From the NCBI RefSeq assembly GCF_009914755.1, contig NC_060932.1: DNA of 64,000 nucleotides, one strand, 5' to 3'. Source of the DNA: the human T2T-CHM13v2.0 reference genome, Homo sapiens. The position numbers were made by a program, and so were the translations under genes. Positions 26,101-37,900 of this stretch are shown one piece after another (the first letter of the stretch is position 1; the number at the start of each line of letters is the position of its first letter). The notes beneath the pieces were generated by a model that worked only from the letters and a program-made list of their open reading frames with translations, was not told the DNA's origin and did no database searches.

Positions 26101-26795
26101 CATGTAAAAATTAGACAGCAGCATTCTCAGAAACTTCTTTGTGGTGTCTGCATTCAAGTCACAGAATTGAACTTCCCCTCACATAGAGCAGTTGTGCAGC
26201 ACTCTATTTGTAGTATCTGGAAGTGGACATTTGGAGGGCTTTGTAGCCTATCTGGAAAAAGGAAATATCTTCCCATGAATGCGAGATAGAAGTAATCTCA
26301 GAAACATGTTTATGCTGTATCTACTCAACTAACTGTGCTGAACATTTCTATTGATAGAGCAGTTTTGAGACACTCTTCTTTTGGAATCTGCAAGTGGATA
26401 TTTGGATAGATTTGAGGATTTCGTTGGAAACGGGATTATATATAAAAAGTAGACAGCAGCATTCTCAGAAACTTCTTTGTGATGTTTGCATCCAGCTCTC
26501 AGAGTTGAACATTCCCTTTCATAGAGTAGGTTTGAAACCCTCTTTTTATAGTGTCTGCAAGCGGGCATTTGGAGCGCTTTCAGGCCTATGCTTGAAATAG
26601 GAAATATCTACCTACAGAAACTAGACAGAAGCATTCTGAGAATCACGTTTGTGATGTGGGTACTCAACTAACAGTGTTGATCCATTCTTTTGATACAGCA
26701 GTTTTGAACCACACTTTTTGTAGAATCTGCAAGAGGATATTTGGATAGCTGTGAGGATTTCGTTGGAAACGGGAATGTCTTCAAAGAAAATCTAG
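5101..26795 (+). repeat. Homogeneous run of 16 tandem 8-mer HORs (1356 bp; M1-M7 + M8/11 hybrid)
   Basis: Unit starts 5101, 6457, 7813, 9169, 10525, 11881, 13237, 14593, 15949, 17305, 18661, 20017, 21373, 22728, 24084, 25440. Total 21695 = 16x1356-1, with one 1-bp deletion near 22511. Confidence 0.95.
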
Positions 26796-29345
26796 ACAGA
26801 AGCATTCTCAGAAACACCTTCGTGATGTTTGCAATCAAGTCACAGAGTTGAACCTTCCGTTTCATAGAGCAGGTTGGAAACACTCTTATTGTAGTATCTG
26901 GAAGTGGACATTTGGAGCGCTTTCAGGCCTATGGTGAAAAAGGAAATATCTTCCCATAAAAACGACATAGAAGCTATCTCAGGAACTTGTTTATGATGCA
27001 TCTAATCAACTAACAGTGTTGAACCTTTGTACTGACAGAGCAGTTTGAAACACTCTTTTTTTGGAATCTGCAAGTGGATATTTGGATCGCTTTGAGGATT
27101 TCGTTGGAAACGGGATGCAATATAAAACGTACACAGCAGCATACTCAGAAAATACTTTGCCATATTTCCATTCAAGTCACAGAGTGGAACATTCCCATTC
27201 ATAGAGCAGGTTGGAAACACTCTTTTTGGAGTATCTGGAAGTGGACATTTGGAGCGCTTTCTGAACTATGGTGAAAAAGGAAATATCTTCCAATGAAAAC
27301 AAGACAGAAGCATTCTGAGAAACTTATTTGTGATGTGTGTCCTCAACAAACGGACTTGAACCTTTCGTTTCATGCAGTACTTCTGGAACACTCTTTTTGA
27401 AGATTCTGCATGCGGATATTTGGATAGCTTTGAGGATTTCGTTGGAAACGGGCTTACATGTAAAAATTAGACAGCAGCATTCTCAGAAACTTCTTTGTGG
27501 TGTCTGCATTCAAGTCACAGAATTGAACTTCCCCTCACATAGAGCAGTTGTGCAGCACTCTATTTGTAGTATCTCGAAGTGGACATTTGGAGGGCTTTGT
27601 AGCCTATCTGGAAAAAGGAAATATCTTCCCATGAATGCGAGATAGAAGTAATCTCAGAAACATGTTTATGCTGTATCTACTCAACTAACTGTGCTGAACA
27701 TTTCTATTGATAGAGCAGTTTTGAGACACTCTTCTTTTGGAATCTGCAAGTGGATATTTGGATAGATTTGAGGATTTCGTTGGAAACGGGATTATATATA
27801 AAAAGTAGACAGCAGCATTCTCAGAAACTTCTTTGTGATGTTTGCATCCAGCTCTCAGAGTTGAACATTCCCTTTCATAGAGTAGGTTTGAAACCCTCTT
27901 TTTATAGTGTCTGGAAGCGGGCATTTGGAGCGCTTTCAGGCCTATGCTTAAAATAGGAAATATCTACCTACAGAAACTAGACAGAAGCATTCTGAGAATC
28001 ACGTTTGTGATGTGGGTACTCAACTAACAGTGTTGATCCATTCTTTTGATACAGCAGTTTTGAACCACACTTTTTGTAGAATCTGCAAGTGGATATTTGG
28101 ATAGCTGTGAGGATTTCGTTGGAAACGGGAATGTCTTCATAGAAAATTTAGACAGAAGCATTCTCAGAACCTTGATTGTGATGTGTGTTCTCCACTAACA
28201 GAGTTGAACCTTTCTTTTGACAGAACTGTTCTGAAACATTCTTTTTATAGAATCTGGAAGTGGATATTTGGAAAGCTTTGAGGATTTCGTTGGAAACGGG
28301 AATATCTTCAAATAAAATCTAGCCAGAAGCATTCTAAGAAACATCTTAGGGATGTTTACATTCAAGTCACAGAGTTGAACATTCCCTTTCGCAGAGCAGG
28401 TTTGAAACAATCTTCTCGTACTATCTGGCAGTGGACATTTTGAGCTCCTTGGGGCCTATGCTGAAAAAGGAAATATCTTCGGACAAAAACTAGACAGAAG
28501 CATTCGCAGAATCACGTTTGTGATGTGTGCACTCAACTGTCAGAATTGAACCTTGGTTTGGCCAGAGCACTTTTGAAACACTCTTTTTGTAGAATCTGCA
28601 GGTGGATATTTGGCTAGCTTTGAGGATTTCGTTGGAAACGGTAATGTCTTCAAAGAAAATCTAGACAGAAGCATTCTCAGAAACACCTTCGTGATGTTTG
28701 CAATCAAGTCACAGAGTTGAACCTTCCGTTTCATAGAGCAGGTTGGAAACACTCTTTTTGTAGTATCTGGAAGTGGACATTTGGAGGGCTTTGTAGCCTA
28801 TCTGGAAAAAGGAAATATCTTCCCATGAATGCGAGATAGAAGTAATCTCAGAAACATGTTTATGCTGTATCTACTCAACTAACTGTGCTGAACATTTCTA
28901 TTGATAGAGCAGTTTTGAGACACTCTTCCTTTGGAATCTGCAAGTGGATATTTGGAGAGATTTGAGGATTTCGTTGGAAACGGGATTATATATAAAAAGT
29001 AGACAGCAGCATTCTCAGAAACTTCTTTGTGATGTTTGCATCCAGCTCTCAGAGTTGAACATTCCCTTTCATAGAGTAGGTTTGCAACCCTCTTTTTATA
29101 GTGTCTGGAAGCGGGCATTTGGAGCGCTTTCAGGCCTATGCTTAAAATAGGAAATATCTACCTACAGAAACTAGACAGAAGCATTCTGAGAATCTCGTTT
29201 GTGATGTGGGTACTCAACTAACAGTGTTGATCCATTCTTTTGATACAGCAGTTTTGAACCACACTTTTTGTAGAATCTGCAAGAGGATATTTGGATAGCT
29301 GTGAGGATTTCGTTGGAAACGGGAATGTCTTCAAAGAAAATCTAG
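26796..29345 (+). repeat. 15-mer (11-mer 26796-28664 + 4-mer 28665-29345)
   Basis: M9-M11 reappear at ~28150-28664; period 2550. Confidence 0.9.
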
Positions 29346-32300
29346 ACAGAAGCATTCTCAGAAACACCTTCGTGATGTTTGCAATCAAGTCACAGAGTTG
29401 AACCTTCCGTTTCATAGAGCAGGTTGGAAACACTCTTATTGTAGTATCTGGAAGTGGACATTTGGAGCGCTTTCAGGCCTATGGTGAAAAAGGAAATATC
29501 TTCCCATAAAAACGACATAGAAGCTATCTCAGGAACTTGTTTATGAGGCATCTAATCAACTAACAGTGTTGAACCTTTGTACTGACAGAGCAGTTTGAAA
29601 CACTCTTTTTTTGGAATCTGCAAGTGGATATTTGGATCGCTTTGAGGATTTCGTTGGAAACGGGATGCAATATAAAACGTACACAGCAGCATACTCAGAA
29701 AATACTTTGCCATATTTCCATTCAAGTCACAGAGTGGAACATTCCCATTCATAGAGCAGGTTGGAAACACTCTTTTTGGAGTATCTGGAAGTGGACATTT
29801 GGAGCGCTTTCTGAACTATGGTGAAAAAGGAAATATCTTCCAATGAAAACAAGACAGAAGCATTCTGAGAAACTTATTTGTGATGTGTGTCCTCAACAAA
29901 CGGACTTGAACCTTTCGTTTCATGCAGTACTTCTGGAACACTCTTTTTGAAGATTCTGCATGCGGATATTTGGATAGCTTTGAGGATTTCGTTGGAAACG
30001 GGCTTACATGTAAAAATTAGACAGCAGCATTCTCAGAAACTTCTTTGTGGTGTCTGCATTCAAGTCACAGAATTGAACATCCCCTCACATAGAGCAGTTG
30101 TGCAGCACTCTATTTGTAGTATCTGGAAGTGGACATTTGGAGGGCTTTGTAGCCTATGTGGAAAAAGGAAATATCTTCCCATGAATGCGAGATAGAAGTA
30201 ATCTCAGAAACATGTTTATGCTGTATCTACTCAACTAACTGTGCTGAACATTTCTATTGATAGAGCAGTTTTGAGACACTCTTCTTTTGGAATCTGCAAG
30301 TGGATATTTGGATAGATTTGAGGATTTCGTTGGAAACGGGATTATATATAAAAAGTAGACAGCAGCATTCTCAGAAACTTCTTTGTGATGTTTGCATCCA
30401 GCTCTCAGAGTTGAACATTCCCTTTCATAGAGTAGGTTTGAAACCCTCTTTTTATAGTGTCTGGAAGCGGGCATTTGGAGCGCTTTCAGGCCTATGCTGA
30501 AAAAGGAAATATCTACCTATAGAAACTAGACAGAAGCATTCTGAGAATCACGTTTGTGATGTGGGTACTCAACTAACAGTGTTGATCCATTCTTTTGATA
30601 CAGCAGTTTTGAACCACACTTTTTGTAGAATCTGCAAGTGGATATTTGGATAGCTGTGAGGATTTCGTTGGAAACGGGAATGTCTTCATAGAAAATTTAG
30701 ACAGAAGCATTCTCAGAACCTTGATTGTGATGTGTGTTCTCCACTAACAGATTTGAACCTTTCTTTTGACAGAACTGTTCTGAAACATTCTTTTTATAGA
30801 ATCTGGAAGTGGATATTTGGAAAGCTTTGAGGATTTCATTGGAAACGGGAATATCTTCAAATAAAATCTAGCCAGAAGCATTCTAAGAAACATCTTAGGG
30901 ATGTTTACATTCAAGTCACAGAGTTGAACATTCCCTTTCACAGAGCAGGTTTGAAACAATCTTCTCGTACTATCTGGCAGTGGACATTTTGAGCTCCTTG
31001 GGGCCTATGCTGAAAAAGGAAATATCTTCCGACAAAAACTAGACAGAAGCATTCGCAGAATCACGTTTGTGATGTGTGCACTCAACTGTCAGAATTGAAC
31101 CTTGGTTTGGACAGAGCACTTTTGAAACACTCTTTTTGTAGAATCTGCAGGTGGATATTTGGCTAGCTTTGAGGATTTCGTTGGAAACGGTAATGTCTTC
31201 AAAGAAAATCTAGACAGAAGCATTCTCAGAAACACCTTCGTGATGTTTGCAATCAAGTCACAGAGTTGAACCTTCCGTTTCATAGAGCAGGTTGGAAACA
31301 CTCTTTTTGTAGTATCTGGAAGTGGACATTTGGAGGGCTTTGTAGCCTATGTGGAAAAAGGAAATATCTTCCCATGAATGCGAGATAGAAGTAATCTCAG
31401 AAACATGTTTATGCTGTATCTACTCAACTAACTGTGCTGAACATTTCTATTGATAGAGCAGTTTTGAGACACTCTTCTTTTGGAATCTGCAAGTGGATAT
31501 TTGGATAGATTTGAGGATTTCGTTGGAAACGGGATTATATATAAAAAGTAGACAGCAGCATTCTCAGAAACTTCTTTGTGATGTTTGCATCCAGCTCTCA
31601 GAGTTGAACATTCCCTTTCATAGAGTAGGTTTGAAACCCTCTTTTTATAGTGTCTGGAAGCGGGCATTTGGAGCGCTTTCAGGCCTATGCTGAAAAAGGA
31701 AATATCTACCTATAGAAACTAGACAGAAGCATTCTGAGAATCACGTTTGTGATGTGGGTACTCAACTAACAGTGTTGATCCATTCTTTTGATACAGCAGT
31801 TTTGAACCACACTTTTTGTAGAATCTGCAAGTGGATATTTGGATAGCTGTGAGGATTTCGTTGGAAACGGGAATGTCTTCATAGAAAATTTAGACAGAAG
31901 CATTCTCAGAACCTTGATTGTGATGTGTGTTCTCCACTAACAGAGTTGAACCTTTCTTTTGACAGAACTGTTCTGAAACATTCTTTTTATAGAATCTGGA
32001 AGTGGATATTTGGAAAGCTTTGAGGATTTCGTTGGAAACGGGAATATCTTCAAATAAAATCTAGCCAGAAGCATTCTAAGAAACATCTTAGGGATGTTTA
32101 CATTCAAGTCACAGAGTTGAACATTCCCTTTCACAGAGCAGGTTTGAAACAATCTTCTCGTACTATCTGGCAGTGGACATTTTGAGCTCCTTGGGGCCTA
32201 TGCTGAAAAAGGAAATATCTTCCGACAAAAACTAGACAGAAGCATTCGCAGAATCACGTTTGTGATGTGTGCACTCAACTGTCAGAATTGAACCTTGGTT

Positions 32301-33087
32301 TGGACAGAGCACTTTTGAAACACTCTTTTTGTAGAATCTGCAGGTGGATATTTGGCTAGCTTTGAGGATTTCGTTGGAAACGGTAATGTCTTCAAAGAAA
32401 ATCTAGACAGAAGCATTCTCAGAAACACCTTCGTGATGTTTGCAATCAAGTCACAGAGTTGAACCTTCCGTTTCATAGAGCAGGTTGGAAACACTCTTTT
32501 TGTAGTATCTGGAAGTGGACATTTGGAGGGCTTTGTAGCCTATCTGGAAAAAGGAAATATCTTCCCATGAATGCGAGATAGAAGTAATCTCAGAAACATG
32601 CTTATGCTGTATCTACTCAACTAACTGTGCTGAACATTTCTATTGATAGAGCAGTTTTGAGACACTCTTCTTTTGGAATCTGCAAGTGGATATTTGGAGA
32701 GATTTGAGGATTTCGTTGGAAACGGGATTATATATAAAAAGTAGACAGCAGCATTCTCAGAAACTTCTTTGTGATGTTTGCATCCAGCTCTCAGAGTTGA
32801 ACATTCCCTTTCATAGAGTAGGTTTGAAACCCTCTTTTTATAGTGTCTGCAAGCGGGCATTTGGAGCGCTTTCAGGCCTATGCTTAAAATAGGAAATATC
32901 TACCTACAGAAACTAGACAGAAGCATTCTGAGAATCACGTTTGTGATGTGGGTACTCAACTAACAGTGTTGATCCATTCTTTTGATACAGCAGTTTTGAA
33001 CCACACTTTTTGTAGAATCTGCAAGAGGATATTTGGATAGCTGTGAGGATTTCGTTGGAAACGGGAATGTCTTCAAAGAAAATCTAG
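29346..33087 (+). repeat. 11-mer (29346-31213) + 7-mer (31214-32406) + 4-mer (32407-33087)
   Basis: Lengths 1868+1193+681. The M9/M10 ORF recurs at 30744 and 31937, 1193 bp apart. Confidence 0.9.
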
Positions 33088-34955
33088 ACAGAAGCATTCT
33101 CAGAAACACCTTCGTGATGTTTGCAATCAAGTCACAGAGTTGAACCTTCCGTTTCATAGAGCAGGTTGGAAACACTCTTATTGTAGTATCTGGAAGTGGA
33201 CATTTGGAGCGCTTTCAGGCCTATGGTGAAAAAGGAAATATCTTCCCATAAAAACGACATAGAAGCTATCTCAGGAACTTGTTTATGATGCATCTAATCA
33301 ACTAACAGTGTTGAACCTTTGTACTGACAGAGCAGTTTGAAACACTCTTTTTTTGGAATCTGCAAGTGGATATTTGGATCGCTTTGAGGATTTCGTTGGA
33401 AACGGGATGCAATAAAAAACGTACACAGCAGCATACTCAGAAAATACTTTGCCATATTTCCATTCAAGTCACAGAGTGGAACATTCCCATTCATAGAGCA
33501 GGTTTGAAACACTCTTTTTGGAGTATCTGGAAGTGGACATTTGGAGCGCTTTCTGAACTATGGTGAAAAAGGAAATATCTTCCAATGAAAACAAGACAGA
33601 AGCATTCTGAGAAACTTATTTGTGATGTGTGTCCTCAACAAACGGACTTGAACCTTTCATTTCATGCAGTACTTCTGGAACACTCTTTTTGAAGATTCTG
33701 CATGCGGATATTTGGATAGCTTTGAGGATTTCGTTGGAAACGGGCTTACATGTAAAAATTAGACAGCAGCATTCTCAGAAACTTCTTTGTGGTGTCTGCA
33801 TTCAAGTCACAGAATTGAACTTCCCCTCACATAGAGCAGTTGTGCAGCACTCTATTTGTAGTATCTCGAAGTGCACATTTGGAGGGCTTTGTAGCCTATC
33901 TGGAAAAAGGAAATATCTTCCCATGAATGCGAGATAGAAGTAATCTCAGAAACATGTTTATGCTGTATCTACTCAACTAACTGTGCTGAACATTTCTATT
34001 GATAGAGCAGTTTTGAGACACTCTTCTTTTGGAATCTGCAAGTGGATATTTGGATAGATTTGAGGATTTCGTTGGAAACGGGATTATATATCAAAAGCAG
34101 ACAGCAGCATTCTCAGAAACTTCTTTGTGATGTTTGCATCCAGCTCTCAGAGTTGAACATTCCCTTTCATAGAGTAGGTTTGAAACCCTCTTTTTATAGT
34201 GTCTGGAAGCGGGCATTTGGAGCGCTTTCAGGCCTATGCTGAAAAAGGAAATATCTACCTATAGAAACTAGACAGAAGCATTCTGAGAATCACGTTTGTG
34301 ATGTGGGTACTCAACTAACAGTGTTGATCCATTCTTTTGATACAGCAGTTTTGAACCACACTTTTTGTAGAATCTGCAAGTGGATATTTGGATAGCTGTG
34401 AGGATTTCCTTGGAAACGGGAATGTCTTCATAGAAAATTTAGACAGAAGCATTCTCAGAACCTTGATTGTGATGTGTGTTCTCCACTAACAGAGTTGAAC
34501 CTTTCTTTTGACAGAACTGTTCTGAAACATTCTTTTTATAGAATCTGGAAGTGGATATTTGGAAAGCTTTGAGGATTTCGTTGGAAACGGGAATATCTTC
34601 AAATAAAATCTAGCCAGAAGCATTCTAAGAAACATCTTAGGGATGTTTACATTCAAGTCACAGAGTTGAACATTCCCTTTCACAGAGCAGGTTTGAAACA
34701 ATCTTCTCGTACTATCTGGCAGTGGACATTTTGAGCTCCTTGGGGCCTATGCTGAAAAAGGAAATATCTTCCGACAAAAACTAGACAGAAGCATTCGCAG
34801 AATCACGTTTGTGATGTGTGCACTCAACTGTCAGAATTGAACCTTGGTTTGGACAGAGCACTTTTGAAACACTCTTTTTGTAGAATCTGCAGGTGGATAT
34901 TTGGCTAGCTTTGAGGATTTCGTTGGAAACGGTAATGTCTTCAAAGAAAATCTAG
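33088..34955 (+). repeat. 11-mer HOR (1868 bp) followed directly by an intact M1-M2
   Basis: ORF 33294 recurs at 35162 (+1868). Confidence 0.9.
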
Positions 34956-37900
34956 ACAGAAGCATTCTCAGAAACACCTTCGTGATGTTTGCAATCAAGT
35001 CACAGAGTTGAACCTTCCGTTTCATACAGCAGGTTGGAAACACTCTTTTTGTAGTATCTGGAAGTGGACATTTGGAGCGCTTTAAGGCCTATGGTGAAAA
35101 AGGAAATATCTTCCCATAAAAACGACATAGAAGCTATCTCAGGAACTTGTTTATGATGCATCTAATCAACTAACAGTGTTGAACCTTTGTACTGACAGAG
35201 CAGTTTGAAACACTCTTTTTTTGGAATCTGCAAGTGGATATTTGGATCGCTTTGAGGATTTCGTTGGAAACGGGATGCAATATAAAACGTACACAGCAGC
35301 ATACTCAGAAAATACTTTGCCATATTTCCATTCAAGTCACAGAGTGGAACATTCCCATTCATAGAGCAGGTTTGAAACACACTTTTTGGAGTATCTGGAA
35401 GTGGACATTTGGAGCGCTTTCTGAACTATGGTGAAAAAGGAAATATCTTCCAATGAAAACAACACAGAAGCATTCTGAGAAACTTATTTGTGATGTGTGT
35501 CCTCAACAAACGGACTTGAACCTTTCGTTTCATGCAGTACTTCTGGAACACTCTTTTTGAAGATTCTGCATGCGGATATTTGGATAGCTTTGAGGATTTC
35601 GTTGGAAACGGGCTTACATGTAAAAATTAGACAGCAGCATTCTCAGAAACTTCTTTGTGGTGTCTGCATTCAAGTCACAGAATTGAACTTCCCCTCACAT
35701 AGAGCAGTTGTGCAGCACTCTATTTGTAGTATCTGGAAGTGGACATTTGGAGGGCTTTGTAGCCTATCTGGAAAAAGGAAATATCTTCCCATGAATGCGA
35801 GATAGAAGTAATCTCAGAAACATGTTTATGCTGTATCTACTCAACTAACTGTGCTGAACATTTCTATTGATAGAGCAGTTTTGAGACACTCTTCTTTTGG
35901 AATCTGCAAGTGGATATTTGGATAGATTTGAGGATTTCGTTGGAAACGGGATTATATATCAAAAGTAGACAGCAGCATTCTCAGAAACTTCTTTGTGATG
36001 TTTGCATCCAGCTCTCAGAGTTGAACATTCCCTTTCATAGAGTAGGTTTGAAACCCTCTTTTTATAGTGTCTGGAAGCGGGCATTTGGAGCGCTTTCAGG
36101 CCTATGCTGAAAAAGGAAATATCTACCTATAGAAACTAGACAGAAGCATTCTGAGAATCACGTTTGTGATGTGGGTACTCAACTAACAGTGTTGATCCAT
36201 TCTTTTGATACAGCAGTTTTGAACCACACTTTTTGTAGAATCTGCAAGTGGATATTTGGATAGCTGTGAGGATTTCGTTGGAAACGGGAATGTCTTCATA
36301 GAAAATTTAGACAGAAACATTCTCAGAACCTTGATTGTGATGTGTGTTCTCCACTAACAGAGTTGAACCTTTCTTTTGACAGAACTGTTCTGAAACATTC
36401 TTTTTATAGAATCTGGAAGTGGATATTTGGAAAGCTTTGAGGATTTCGTTGGAAACGGGAATATCTTCAAATAAAATCTAGCCAGAAGCATTCTAAGAAA
36501 CATCTTAGGGATGTTTACATTCAAGTCACAGAGTTGAACATTCCCTTTCACAGAGCAGGTTTGAAACAATCTTCTCGTACTATCTGGCAGTGGACATTTT
36601 GAGCTCCTTGGGGCCTATGCTGAAAAAGGAAATATCTTCCGACAAAAACTAGACAGAAGCATTCGCACAATCACGTTTGTGATGTGTGCACTCAACTGTC
36701 AGAATTGAACCTTGGTTTGGACAGAGCACTTTTGAAACACTCTCTTTGTAGAATCTGCAGGTGGATATTTGGCTAGCTTTGAGGATTTCGTTGGAAACGG
36801 TAATGTCTTCAAAGAAAATCTAGACAGAAGCCTTCTCAGAAACACCTTCGTGATATTTGCAATCAAGTCACAGAGTTGAACCTTCCGTTTCATAGAGCAG
36901 GTTGGAAACACTCTTTTTGTAGTATCTGGAAGTGGACATTTGGAGGGCTTTGTAGCCTATGTGGAAAAAGGAAATATCTTCCCATGAATGCGAGATAGAA
37001 GTAATCTCAGAAACATGTTTATGCTGTATCTACTCAACTAACTGTGCTGAACATTTCTATTGATAGAGCAGTTTTGAGACACTCTTCTTTTGGAATCTGC
37101 AAGTGGATATTTGGATAGATTTGAGGATTTCGTTGGAAACGGGATTATATATAAAAAGTAGACAGCAGCATTCTCAGAAACTTCTTTGTGATGTTTGCAT
37201 CCAGCTCTCAGAGTTGAGCATTCCCTTTCATAGAGTAGGTTTGAAACCCTCTTTTTATAGTGTCTGGAAGCGGGCATTTGGAGCGCTTTCAGGCCTATGC
37301 TTAAAATAGGAAATATCTACCTACAGAAACTAGACAGAAGCATTCTGAGAATCACGTTTGTGATGTGGGTACTCAACTAACAGTGTTGATCCATTCTTTT
37401 GATACAGCAGTTTTGAACCACACTTTTTGTAGAATCTGCAAGAGGATATTTGGATAGCTGTGAGGATTTCGTTGGAAACGGGAATGTCTTCAAAGAAAAT
37501 CTAGACAGAAGCATTCTCAGAAACACCTTCGTGATGTTTGCAATCAAGTCACAGAGTTGAACCTTCCGTTTCATAGAGCAGGTTGGAAACACTCTTATTG
37601 TAGTATCTGGAAGTGGACATTTGGAGCGCTTTCAGGCCTATGGTGAAAAAGGAAATATCTTCCCATAAAAACGACATAGAAGCTATCTCAGGAACTTGTT
37701 TATGATGCATCTAATCAACTAACAGTGTTGAACCTTTGTACTGACAGAGCAGTTTGAAACACTCTTTTTTTGGAATCTGCAAGTGGATATTTGGATCGCT
37801 TTGAGGATTTCGTTGGAAACGGGATGCAATAAAAAACGTACACAGCAGCATACTCAGAAAATACTTTGCCATATTTCCATTCAAGTCACAGAGTGGAACA

